A DNA stretch of 63,629 bases, filler included, from Squatina squatina (Eukaryota), in NCBI GenBank assembly GCA_031763465.1. It is 3 parts of 3 records of this genome, joined end to end, with 100 filler letters (N's around TTAATTAATTAA, not from the genome) between each part and the next. Parts side by side here need not be neighbours in the genome. Positions count along the whole stretch, not along the records: positions 1 to 24,740 come from JARFOE010000162.1; 2 more parts are not named here. One strand, written 5' to 3'. Of this stretch, positions 12,217 through 24,796 are shown piece by piece. The notes beneath the pieces were generated by a model. The model saw only the letters and a list, made by a program, of their open reading frames with translations, had not been told where the DNA came from and did not search any database. The number at the start of each line of letters is the position of its first letter. Position 1 is the first letter of the stretch. Made by a program: the position numbers and the translations under genes.

Positions 12217-13117
12217 CAAGTGTGATTTGTTATGTGTGAAACAACTCGTGTGTAGAAATGCATGGTGAATTTGCACTGGGGAACGAGTCTCAGACATGCT
12301 TGGTTACTTGACAACAGCACAACGTGAAATGGTTAATGTGACTCAGGGGAGTGAGACAACCTTTTAAATCATTAAAGCAATGACACATACTCTTAGAGAA
12401 ACTATCAGGATAGAGTTAAACATACTAGTACCTGTCAGAGGGATTCAAATTAAAGTAAAAAGGGATATAGAATTTGGATTGGGACAGTTGAGGGTTAGGA
12501 AGAAGCCCGTTTCAACTGGTCAGTCAGCCAACTACTGCAAGAACACTTTTTGATAATCCAACAAATATAATTGAAGGAACCAGACAAATCCCTATACGCT
12601 TGCTTTACTCCTCAATAAGGAACCACCCAGTTTAGGTCTGGGAGTAAGCATTGCCCAGGTCAGCTTGCCAAACTGCCTTACATTAACCAGTTCAGATCAA
12701 TTTAAGTTTTCTTCCCAACTCTCAATTAGGATACCCACAAGCTACTGAGTGAATGAATTAACCCTTTCTGGCCAATTATCAACAAAATCAGCTAAGTCAT
12801 GAACTAACAAGTTCAGAATCATTGTTATCAGCACTTAACCTTAAACATTGTGTGCACAAATAATTAGTAGACAGGTTAGTTGATGAAATAAATGACAGAG
12901 GCTAGAAAAGCAATTCAGTCATGTCATGGTAATTCTACATTAATGGCATTCTGATTATAAATTTATGAGATCAGTGTCTGCAATTGCTGATTAATAAATT
13001 GCTAAGATTAATTTAGGATTAGGCTGCTTAGATAGCTGACGTGTTAACAGCATTATTTGCTGAATAGATTAAAGTTTCTATGCTTGCAGTCAGCAAATTT
13101 TGCAGAATTTATACAAC

Positions 13118-13254
13118 CTGATCCTTGGGAGCCGGTGTGGATGGACTGGTTGCCTCGCCTTCCGCTGGGATTCTGAGAGTTCAGAGCGATGAACCTCTGT
13201 CGGTAGAGGTGCTATCTTTTTCTCCTGGATCCTCTGAGTACAATCATCTTCCAT
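13118..13254 (-). CDS. Candidate first coding exon of an unidentified gene
   Basis: ATG in strong Kozak context (accagcATGG), open frame MEDDCTQRIQEKKIAPLPTEVHRSELSESQRKARQPVHPHRLPRI, ending AG|gttgta (phase 2, weak donor). GC-balanced and non-repetitive within AT-rich flanks. No homology recognised. Confidence 0.4.
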
Positions 13255-14234
13255 GCTGGTAGCTGTTTCTGGACTAGCTGGCTGAAATCTCACCTCGCTT
13301 TATCTCANNNNNNNNNNNNNNNNNNNNNNNNNNNNNNNNNNNNNNNNNNNNNNNNNNNNNNNNNNNNNNNNNNNNNNNNNNNNNNNNNNNNNNNNNNNNN
13401 NNNNNNNTTGCTTCCTGCCCGCCATGGTGGGGCCTGATTAGTTTGCGCAGCGCCCAATAAACAGGCGCTGCAAGGACCAATTTCTAGGCCCATTCTTCTG
13501 CTCTCCCAGCCTGGATGAACCTGATTGTCCGTGATAAAATTATCTGGGCCTATAAAATGCAATTTGTCATCTCTGAATGTGTAAGATACATGCAATCCTA
13601 ATCCAGCAATATCTTACCCTCCAAGATAATACTGTTCAATGACTCCACATTCAGAGTAAGAATTGAAGATAAAATATGTGTACTTAATTAACAATGATTG
13701 ATTTGAGTGATTACTTCTAACTGCAGGCAGCCAATTAAAAAAGTGAGAAGCTAAAATCCTATTTAGGCTGTAACCAGTTTGAAGATTTCATTTTGTTTTC
13801 AAGCAGTTTGATTGAAATGCAAAATAAAAGACGTGTAAATAAACAAGCTTAATGGATCTGTGTAATCAATTTTTGCCCCCTCTAACTATACACATAGGTC
13901 TTAATAAGTGATGAATAATGTCAAATGGGTCACTAGGGTCTTGTTAGTATTCATAAGGTTAACCTACCGTTATAGGCAGGACATTACAGCTCAGCTCAGG
14001 CGAAGCAAGCATCTATTCTGGGAGAAAAGTGGCATTATAATAAGTACTGGCATCGAGCCTCATTTTCTTGAATCTACTGCCTCTCCTTCAAACGTTATAA
14101 GGGTACATTTTACAAAAATGTGCGCATCTGATGTAGAGCTTTGAGCAGCTGGAGCCCATATCAGGAATCCAGTGAAGAGGTCAGCACACCACTCATGATT
14201 TCTGCCCATCATGTGCAGGGCACAATGACCTTGG

Positions 14235-14670
14235 TGTACGTCAGCATAGTGGTTACTTATGACTGGACTAATTATCTGGTAGACCATGAGTTCAAATCTC
14301 ACCATGGCAGTTTGAGAATTTGAATTCAGTTTTCGAAAATCTGGAAATAAAAATCTAGCTTCAGTAAAAGTGACCTCGAAGTTGTCGATTGTTGCAAAAG
14401 CCTAACTGGTTCACTCATGTACTTTAGGGAAGGAAAGACTGCCGCCCTTGCCCGGTCTGGCCTATATGTGACTGGAGGCCCACACTCTTAACTGGTTGAC
14501 TCTTAACTGCCCTCTGAAGTGGTCCAGTAAACCACTCAGTTGTATAAAATCGCTTCAAAGAAAATTGTAACAGATTAAGAAGAAGTTCCCACCACCACCT
14601 TCTCACGACAACTAGGGATGGGCAATAAATGCTGGCCTATCCAGCCACGCCCACATCCCCAGAATTAATT
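14235..14670 (+). mobile_element. tRNA-headed SINE with CR1-like LINE 3' tail (reverse copy at ~55272-55610)
   Basis: Head gcatagtggtta...gagttcaaatctcacc. The tail cccaccaccaccttctc...gggatgggcaataaatgctggcc...cccacatccc is shared with LINE 3' ends at 52520-52702 and 54980-55130. Confidence 0.7.
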
Positions 14671-15039
14671 TTTTTTTAAATTCTCGCTATGTGCTCCCCT
14701 CCCACAAAACTCTGTAGCAGGAGTGCTAATTTGTGAAACCTACACACATCACTTTTTAACTTTCTCTGCTCTGCAAATTTCCCCATTTTAAATTTTACTG
14801 TTAAGTTTGATTGTGGTTATCAACGGAGTGGTTATTTAGGCAAATATCGAGGGCTAGAAAGTGCGTAGCGCCCCACTTGGGGCGATAACTTTTCAGGAAG
14901 CGCAAAGATATCGCCGGGNNNNNNNNNNNNNNNNNNNNNNNNNNNNNNNNNNNNNNNNNNNNNNNNNNNNNNNNNNNNNNNNNNNNNNNNNNNNNNNNNN
15001 NNNNNNNNNNNNNNNNNNCTCGATTGTTGATCTGCCAAC

Positions 15040-15275
15040 CCATCAAATGAGCTCCGTGTTAGGAGCATTGATTCACCAATTTGAATAAGAGCAGGAAGTT
15101 CTCTTGGTGTTCTGACCAGCATTGCTTCCTCAATCAACACCACTGAAAGTAGATTAACTGGTCTTTCATTTCATTGCTGTCTGTGGGATCTTGCCATGTG
15201 CAAAATGGCTGCCTTTGCTGCATTTTGCTATGCAACAGCAATTACTGCACTTCAAAGTGTTTCATTGCATGTGAT
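15040..15275 (+). mobile_element. Diverged Deu-domain SINE fragment
   Basis: ttgaataagagcaggaagttctcttggtgttctgaccagc...cattgctgtctgtgggatcttgc is homologous to 8657-9080. Confidence 0.6.
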
Positions 15276-16489
15276 TTTTTTTTCTCTGTTCTCTAATTCT
15301 GAGAGATAGATGCGTCAGTACAAAGTGACGTTCTCTGCTTTCTCCTTGGACCAATGTTTCGCTAAGTTAGCGAGCAGAGGGAAATATATTCCAAGCTGTG
15401 ACATGGCCTTTGCAAAGCAAGTGTGCTTTCAGATGGATATTTGAAGAACAGGCCACTGTGAAATGAGAAGCTGTCACTTTAAGTCATCCAAAACAGAATG
15501 AGTTGACATGCCACAGAGATCTGACATTGCCTTTTTAACTTTAGTGGGTGTCGTTACGAACTGTCAATGAAAAATTCAATGACTTGTACTGTAATAAAAT
15601 CAAATAAAATTCCAAGCTGTAATTCTGTCTAAATGCAGCACACGGTCCCCCAAGATCCTGATATTTCACCAGTTTACAATAATTGCCTGGCAAGACTGCA
15701 ACATTCAGTGGATTAATCTTCGTCAGCACCTCAGTGCAGTATGAGTTTCTGTCATCGATTTGATGCACAGGCCCAATCGAAATCCAATAAGCCCAGCCCA
15801 GGCCTTACTCCCCACCTGTCTCTACACGATACAACTTTGCAGTGGCAGAGAATTTAGTCTGTTTATTAAAGCAAAATGAAATTTAAATAGGACTGAGGGG
15901 TCTCCAGGGGTCATCCTTGCCGCTTGTGAGATAATAAGTTATATGTGCTTCAGAAAGGACTCCTGCGATCGATAGTTAGTGCTGGGTGGCGGGGAGGTGG
16001 TTGGGGGGGGGTGGGTGTGGGTTGGGGGCANNNNNNNNNNNNNNNNNNNNNNNNNNNNNNNNNNNNNNNNNNNNNNNNNNNNNNNNNNNNNNNNNNNNNN
16101 NNNNNNNNNNNNNNNNNNNNNNNNNNNNNNATCATAGCATCAATCAGCCTGCAACGCTGAGTTGACACCTGGGCTCAATGCTCCAACCGACAATCTCTCT
16201 TAACCTTGCACAGTTGAACACATGTCCAACAGCAGGAAGGACCCCCCACCAGCACTATTTACAGGGATCTTCAATTATTTCCAAGTTAGTTAATGGTTGA
16301 TTTATTTGGCTATTGCTACAATTCTACAAGTGTTTGGTGCTTTCCATAGTTGTTTCAAGTTTCAAATGTCTACAGGGAGTGGTGTGGCAGGTGCTGAGGA
16401 CTTGTTGCTGACTTCAAGGTTTCTCCACAATCCAGTTGCTCCAAGACAAGGGTGCATTAACACGCATTCCCCATGGAATACAGCATGTC

Positions 16490-17250
16490 TGTAAGAATGA
16501 GCAGAGGCCACGCAGAGCTGGACAAACTGCTGGAATAGGTAGGAGGAGGAGGGGGAGTAGGGGTCTTAGCAGGAGGCCATATCTGCCCACGGTTTTCAGG
16601 GAGCAATTCTGCTACCTGAACCTTAGCGAGGAGCAGTGTGTGAGGCATCTGAGCTTCAATAAGGAGGTCGTCACTGAAATCTGCCACGTGCTGCTGCCAC
16701 AACTGCAACCTCAGAGCTAGTCCAGCTGGTGTGCGACCAGGAAGTGAATCATGCAGGTCAATGCTTGGTATCCTGGCAGCAATCATGATGCGATCATTCT
16801 GCAGCAGTCCGCTGTGCCAGCAGTATTTCAGCCACTACAGCAAACCAAAGGGTGGCTACTCGGCGACAAGGTCTAGCCACTGATGACATTGCTCATGATT
16901 CCAGTTCGCAACCCATACACACGTGCACATGTGCACAGCATGCATGCAATGAGAGCCATGCTGCCACAAGAAATCTGACAGAGCAGATCAGTGGCATCCT
17001 GAACCAATGATTCCACTGCCTGGACCTCTCTGGAGTATTCGGCTGAGCAGGTCTCAAGATTCGTGGTGGTATGCGGCATGCTGCATGACTTTTCCATCAT
17101 GAGGGGACTGTCTTTGCCATCACCTATCAGGCGAGAAGCTAAGGAGCATGAGCATGGGAAGGAGGAGGAAGAAGAGGACGGGAAGCGTCAAGCTTGACAG
17201 CCCCTTTCTGGCTGGGCTGCATATGAAGAACTAATTGAAGTGCGATAACA
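16490..17250 (+). pseudogene. Decayed PIF/Harbinger (HARBI1-like) DDE transposase with an internal deletion
   Basis: N-terminal RRPYLPTVFREQFCYLNLSEEQCVRHLSFNKEVVTEICHVL joins at ~16720 directly to VQLVCD / IMQVNAWYPGSNHDAIILQQS...GWLLGDKV*PL / FHCLD / VVVCGMLHDF. PGSxHD and WLLGD are Harbinger motifs. Contains stops and frameshifts. Confidence 0.85.
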
Positions 17251-20200
17251 GTAACCTCAACCAACACTAGCACAGCTCTTACCTTCCCTCTGTCACTGGC
17301 CATCAGGTCGTCCTCTTGACCACAATGCAAAAATAAAAGCCAGCACAAAATAAACATTCTAAACTAATTTTATAAATGAAATCATGCCATATTGCATACA
17401 AACTTAAACTAATCATCCTTGTGTATACCTTTAGTGCCTGTCTTCCGTGTGCCTTTGCCTGTCCTACCGCTCCTACACAGNNNNNNNNNNNNNNNNNNNN
17501 NNNNNNNNNNNNNNNNNNNNNNNNNNNNNNNNNNNNNNNNNNNNNNNNNNNNNNNNNNNNNNNNNNNNNNNNNNNNNNNNGGTTCATTATCACATTGTTG
17601 AAACTTCGCAAATTTCACACAATTGATTCTTAGCTAAAGTGCAGCTTATTATTTACGAACAGGCTTACATCACATAAAAAAATATAAAAATGACATAACG
17701 TTTTGAAGAATGGTATTAGGAAGCTAATAAACAGATAATTAAAATGACAAGTTATTAAAATGACTATGTAGTACAAATTAATATTAGTATAACAGTTATC
17801 TGAAGGTGCATATGTCTAATTAAATAATGCCAATTATTATTATCCACTGTTTTATGTTAAAGCCTTTATCTGACTCTTCATAAAACTGACAGATTGTGAT
17901 CTTTCAGATTGTAAACAATGTCTGATGCTAACATCAATACAGCCTCACAGCCCAACTGGCACCCCATCGTTTTATTTATCTGTACAGTTCTCATTAGTTT
18001 GATTTAATTGGCAACTGAATTTAGAAAGCTACAGCTTCAATTAGGCTCCAATTTGTTTTTAATTTGTGCTCTAATGAGTTGATTAGCTGCTGCCAAACTT
18101 TGCAACTGAATCCAATTTTGGTTTGTAGATAAATGACTTCAGCAAAGGTAGATCAAGGCAATGTAGTGGTGAGCATGGTTGCTATGCAACAAAATGATGC
18201 ACAAAGCCTTTGCACATTTCACTGCTGGTCATTTTCTTTAGATAGTTCTGTTTAATGTCACCTATNNNNNNNNNNNNNNNNNNNNNNNNNNNNNNNNNNN
18301 NNNNNNNNNNNNNNNNNNNNNNNNNNNNNNNNNNNNNNNNNNNNNNNNNNNNNNNNNNNNNNNNNTCTCTTTCAAAAAAAATTGCCTTTAATTTAACCTT
18401 TTTGCTCTCATGCTGTGCATGAGAAAGTTAATAATAAGACTGAGATTGATTGCCATGCTGGTGGTTGGGGGCTTTAACACTTATCCAATCTTCTGTGTGA
18501 AAATCAAAGTCTCCCTACTTGTGTTATCAGTATTGCAACCAAGACTTCAGTGTCTGTTAGCCATCATTTTTTATTATCTGCTTTCTTCCTGAGGCTGCTG
18601 CCTCTATCATCAAGGCTGCCCTCGATAACGTCTGATAAATTGCCACTAATAAATACCTCCTTGTCACATCACGACTTGTGAGCTTGGCAGCCATCTCACA
18701 TTAATAACAGTCATATCCTACACTTATGCAGGCACCATTCTCCACTTTAACAGCGCAGTCCCCCGCACCCCTCCACCCCGGGTAAACTGCCATACAACAA
18801 GTCTCATTAAACTTTTCTCAAGTTTACCGAAAGCATTAATATGCATTTGTGGTCATCGTTGTGAATTACCGACAGTAGCATAAAATACCACAGAAATAAA
18901 AGTGCCACGAACAAAGAAGACGGTCTATCAGGCAGTCAGCTCAATACTAAAACTTAATTGCAGTTCAGATGATTTATAAATCACTCAAGCATTGAGCTCA
19001 GTTTATGACATCACTCGGAGACCCCTCGATGAAACTATTGCCCTGTATCGCAGGAGTATCCATCATTCTCCATTTTACAGCCACATAACTGCTGAGCAAA
19101 ACAGTGGCTGTGGCAGTGTCCACTCCACTCAGGAAATTACTGGATATGAATTATTTCAAAACAGAACACATCACCAGCCTTTGATTGTTTGCCAAGCCCA
19201 GACCTGTGCCGCAACCTTTCTCTTCAATGGCTGCACACCTTGGGAATGTGTGTCCAGTTACCTCCTTTAATTGCAAGGTAAATGCTTTGGTACAGTCAAT
19301 GCTTTCTGATTGCCAGGGGTAGTACAGGTAGCACCCTCACCATTAGCACTGATATCTTGAGTGAGAGGCTGTTATGTAGTAAGGCTCCTTTCCCCCGCTA
19401 TCCATCATTTCTGATCCAATAAATTAAGTCACTATTAAAATTCAATGGTAATTGTTTTCTGTGTTTCGGAGATACAGACCTTTAAATTTCAATTTGTTTA
19501 GAGGATGATAAATGACACAGCCTGCCTCGCCTGCTGTGAGTTCCGATGGAAGCTATGCTCTGTAGCCAAGATGAGGTATGGAACTCAGACAGGATGAATA
19601 ATTGCTGACTTGTATCTTGTTTCTATTAGCCCCTTTTTTAGTTTATTTGTAATGAGCGCTGTTTAGAGCTCTGTGTCCCATTTATTAGGCTTATGGTTTG
19701 ATCTATCGATTATTGTGTCTAGCTATTGATTAATAAGGAAAGCAGTGATTTTTCATCCACTGCTATTGCCCTCAAGTTACTATTTGCTAAAAAAATTGCA
19801 TTCACAAGGGTACTCGACAAACTGTAGTGGTCATAAATGTTGTAAATTGTAAACCGCATGACACTATACTGAAACTGGGTCTATTAAAGTCCATCGGTGC
19901 ACAACATATAAATTTACATTTGAAATCTTTATGTAAGAATTGCTTTCTCACATACAGCCAATTCCAGGTAAATGCATGCTTCATCCAACTGCAGAGTTCT
20001 AATGGAAGGCTAACAGTGAACTGATGTGAATCGAAACATGGCTCAGCAAGGGTGCCTTTGGGGGAACAGGCATGTTATGACATTGTTTGACTTATAGAGA
20101 TTGGATGGTGTGTGTGCCTAGAATCAATGCAGAATGTGTCAGGGGTCCCAAAGCCTGACATACATTACCCAGCTTCTGTAAGTAGAGCAATTTCTAAAAA

Positions 20201-21157
20201 AGAATTATTTGTCCTGCATAGGCACCCATACTGTATCATATGACAGATCTGTTTGGTTTGAAAAGAAAGCAAAAAATGCTGGAAACNNNNNNNNNNNNNN
20301 NNNNNNNNNNNNNNNNNNNNNNNNNNNNNNNNNNNNNNNNNNNNNNNNNNNNNNNNNNNNNNNNNNNNNNNNNNNNNNNNNNNNNNCTGAGTATTTCTAG
20401 TATTTTCAGTTTTTATTTCTGTACTCTAATCTCTGACGACCTTCTGACCCAGAGGCGGGAGTGCTACCACTGAGCCAAGGATGACATGGTAAACTTATTT
20501 GGTTCTACCTCACATCATCAAAATCACCATGTCCAATGTTTGACCATTTCTGCCTGTGCTTATCCCATTCCCAATGAGCTATTTATCCATTTTTTTAAAG
20601 CATTAATTAAAGCTTCAACTTTTTTCATTCGGAATCTGTCCCACAAATCTCCTAGTCAGTGCGAATAAGCGTCAGGAAAAAGCAAGTTTGAGGCTTTTTC
20701 GTTTTAATCCTGAAACCTTCTCATCCTGTGACCAAGGACAAGTATTCCGCTTGCGTTTACATCATGTGCACCTCTCAGCATTTTAAAGTCATGAATTATG
20801 CCCCCAACCCTTCAGCAGCCCTTCGGGTAGTCCCTGTGTGTACTTTCAGTACAGTTGAGAGAAAAACTACTGTTCCAAATGGGGCTACAACTGCTTTTTG
20901 CTTATCCTTGATAAATCAATGGTTAAAATCAATCTTTATTTTACATCTCAAAAATTAAATTGCTTTCGACCTTAGACTGAACTTCGCGGTTAAACATGGA
21001 AAACACTACTACTTTGATTCCATTGTTTTGGTTGTATTGCAGAAAACCTGTAATTACNNNNNNNNNNNNNNNNNNNNNNNNNNNNNNNNNNNNNNNNNNN
21101 NNNNNNNNNNNNNNNNNNNNNNNNNNNNNNNNNNNNNNNNNNNNNNNNNNNNNNNNN

Positions 21158-21350
21158 CCCGTGAGTCGGTGGGGAAGTTGCTTTTCTTCAATGAGGCCTT
21201 GAGGACGTCCTTGTAGCGTTTCCTCTGGTCTCTTCAGAGGCGTTTACCATGGCGGAGTTCGGAATAAAGAGCTTGTTTCGGGAGTCTTGTATCTGGAATA
21301 CGGACGACGTGACCGGCCCATCACAGCTGATTGAGCGTAACCAGTGCCTT
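21158..21350 (-). mobile_element. RTE-clade LINE C-terminal fragment
   Basis: Translates NQL*WAGHVVRIPDTRLPKQALYSELRHGKR...RKRYKDVLKASLKK, the typical RTE C-terminus. Confidence 0.85.
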
Positions 21351-23682
21351 GTACACAGCAGTTAGTGAGTTTTAAAACAAAGTTCCCAAATGAAAAAGCT
21401 TTTTTTTGCAGTGCTCTGCACTTTTCTTTGTACCCGAGATCCAGCATTACCTCAAATCAAAGAACTCCACGCCTGGTGCTGTGCTCTGAAGGAAACTTAA
21501 AATGCCCCACTTGAAGGTTCCTTCACTGGCTTTCGACATGGCTCCTTCAAAGAACAAGTGCAGCGAGTAAAAAGGATGCACAGAAGTCTTGAGGTCTGAA
21601 GCTTGACACTTTGAGTGATACAGGATGAAAACTAGAAGAAGTTATAGTTGCACAATGATATCTGTAAGGTGCTGGCTTTAATGTGCAGAGCCCTTTGATT
21701 GAATTCTTCACATTTAATTCATACTCTGAATATACTGGATTGTAAAAGATGCAGGCCGATAGGAAGTACTCTGAGCGGCTTTGCAACAGAATAGATGAGA
21801 AATGGCTCGCTACATTTGGAGTGTGCGTTTTTCACAAAAAATATATATTCTCCTCCCATTTGTTTCACTGTATCTTTCAGTTACTTATGCCTTTGCACAG
21901 GTTCCATTAGCAGGTCGCCATATCCTTATCATCAAGACTACAAAATCTATTCAATGTTCAATCACCACAAGACTCGCTAGAGGGTGAGATACACCATAAC
22001 AAATTTTGCTGTTTAGATGTGAAACACATCACGGCAATGAGATGCCTCAATCCTCGGTTTGGCTGAGGCTGATGACAAAAGTGACAGATGCATCTGATCC
22101 CATGTCCACACAAAGGGCCTGACATGCATTTTAACTAGCTCAGTGTGGTATTTGCCTAACTGCTCACACTGGATTAATTAAAAGGCAAACCTCTTGCCTA
22201 CAATATTTGAATTTTGATCAATTCACTCTGTTTATATGAAGCAGATTACAAACCCAGCCTTTGACAAATTATGCCTTTATATTTGGAGGCATAACACAAT
22301 ACTGCAAAGCATGTGAACACTAAAATATGTAAAGACCTATGTAATTTATCTCTTTTCTGCCTCACCCCTCCCCGGGCTCAATCTCTTTATGCATCTCTTT
22401 CTTGCTACTCAGGTACTAAATCTAGATACAACTGTTAGTTCTGCATCCCTGGAAGAATATTTACTGTTAAGGGAGGGGTGAGTGTCTGTGCGAAGAGCTG
22501 ACAGTCAAACTATAAGCCTTTAACCAGATGTAGGGATGCAGTACTGTACAGGATACATCACCTGAAAAGAATTTCAATNNNNNNNNNNNNNNNNNNNNNN
22601 NNNNNNNNNNNNNNNNNNNNNNNNNNNNNNNNNNNNNNNNNNNNNNNNNNNNNNNNNNNNNNNNNNNNNNNNNNNNNNTTCAATTAATAATGCACACACA
22701 CACTATCCTGCAATAATGTTTCCTATTCACTATGCTAAACTAGCTGTTAGTTTTGCTCCCATCTTTTTATCAAGTTCATTTGGCTCACAAGTTTATTGTA
22801 ATTGGCTATGTGACTATATAAAGAAAATATATGTTAATAAACAAATGTGCACTGTACTATATGCTAAGCTAGCTTCAATATCTCATTAAGCTCTCTGCCT
22901 CTTCATTCTCCATGTGTCAACATGTCCCATGTACCAATAGTATTTTGTTTGATGGCACTGGGGCAACCCAGTGTCTCCTTAAGGCTGCAATTAAATGAGT
23001 TAGATGCTCATTCCTATTGCACCAGTGGGACATCTCCGCTCCCCACACTTTTCATCCTTCTGATCAATTAGGCCAGGCCGTTTGAAGACATGCCACCCAG
23101 CCCTTAGACCCGATCCTTTGATTGAAATTTCACCATTGAGCATTATTACACAAAGCTCTGTGCCCTGTATCAGGCAATGCTTTAATTGAATAAGCTAAAG
23201 AATGCTATGGTGTTGACAGCCTGATACTGCTGTACAACGCGGGAGGCTAATTATTCTTTTCCTGTTCAGAGATGTGCTAGTTGAACTGTTAATTTGTTGC
23301 ATGTTTTGTGTGTAGCTCAGGCTGATTACAATTGACTGCCTTTGTCCTGCAGGCAAGTGTTTAGTGCAATCAAACCTATTTAACAACCTGGGTTTTCATT
23401 GTGAAGGCCCACGCTGGTAACATATTGCCAAAGTAATCCCAAGCACCAGCAACCATGAGATTAGTATAGTCCCAGCCCCAGAGAATAACTGCAGACATAT
23501 TCAGTTCCAAGCAAGTGATGCAGAGACAACTGCCAAAGACGCGCAGACACGCTGTTCTGTGTAGGCGCTGGTTTCTTTACAGNNNNNNNNNNNNNNNNNN
23601 NNNNNNNNNNNNNNNNNNNNNNNNNNNNNNNNNNNNNNNNNNNNNNNNNNNNNNNNNNNNNNNNNNNNNNNNNNNNNNNNNN

Positions 23683-24740
23683 GCGCGCCTGCATGTTCTA
23701 ACCCTTATGGAAGAGATGGTGCTGGCCATTATGGGAAGGACCACTGTTGAGGCTGTGGCTACCGGCAGGGCTGAAGTGATTGAAGATGAGGGTATCCACA
23801 TACTTAATCCTCCTTCTCCCATACCATTTTTACTTCATTCCATAATTCCTTCTGAGTGAAAAGCTGCTGCTGATGTAAGAATACACTTCTAACTTTCTCC
23901 TCTTCCCTCACCACAAACCTACCCTTCTCCCTTCTTTAAAAATACCCAAGAACTGCAACCTGCCCAGGCAGTGGAGGAAGAACAAGAAGACAGTGAAGAT
24001 GAAGACACACCACACCATCACTTGATTTCACAGTCGCAACCATCAGCTACGATACTGACACTGTGCTTAATTCAGAGGATACATGTGGTGAGACATTGGG
24101 TACAGGTATGCTGCAGCTAGGCAAGTGTGAAAGAACAGCACAGGTGCCAGCTCACCAGAAAGTTGCACATGGGCTCTGCTGCAGCAGATTCAGGTGAAAA
24201 ATTCGATGGGCCAGGTACAGAAGATGGCTGATGGGGTTGCACACCCAGATGCTTGGTGCATGGGAAAACCTGCCAAAAAGCCTGTGTCAATGTTAAGAAG
24301 CATGGAGGAGTCCAGCACCAACTTGGCACAGGGCTTTGATCATAGCTTGTAGAACATCCTTTCCAGCATGGAACAGGTGGCTACCTCCAGCAGCACACCT
24401 GTGGAACCAACAAATGATGCAGCATCTCATGGCTAATAACAGAACTTTCACTGCAGCTCAAGCAACATCCAAACAATATCTGAGTGCTGCAGTGGAAGCC
24501 CTGACTGCTACCATGCAAGCTCAGACTGCTGCCATCATGGCTCAAACCATTGTTTAAATGGGCTTCCAGGGCGTCTCATCTTTCCAGCAATCTGTTCTTC
24601 AACAGAGTGCTAGGATTGCTGAGGCAGTTTCCTAGGAGAGTGGTAATGGCTGCATGGAGAACAAACCTGCTTGCCTCTCTCAGGATGACAGCATGTGTAT
24701 TTGTGTTCCCATCCCTGTCACTCCGCCAGTGCCCTTGCTG
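23683..24740 (+). mobile_element. Probable Harbinger accessory (Myb/SANT-partner) gene remnant, downstream part
   Basis: LHVLTLMEEMVLAIMGR... followed by acidic and Ala/Gln-rich coiled-coil-like degenerate frames, the layout of vertebrate Harbinger second ORFs. Heavily decayed. Confidence 0.5.
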
Positions 24741-24784
24741 NNNNNNNNNNNNNNNNNNNNNNNNNNNNNNNNNNNNNNNNNNNN

Positions 24785-24796
24785 TTAATTAATTAA
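24785..24796. other. Artificial scaffold linker TTAATTAATTAA inside 44N+12+44N
   Basis: A palindromic six-frame-stop 12-mer centred in a 100-base gap. The identical construct is at 48183-48194. Confidence 0.95.

Noticed and set aside
11143-12560. Possible decayed viral envelope gene (KVKR-DIEFGLG furin-like site near 12452)
   Set aside because: Only a short open frame with no fusion peptide, heptad or transmembrane segment, and no LTR or pol nearby. Unsupported without a profile search.
21244-21447. ORF starting MLDLGYKEK resembling FAM98 EDLGYKG
   Set aside because: Only five residues match, and the ORF runs into an RTE LINE fragment.
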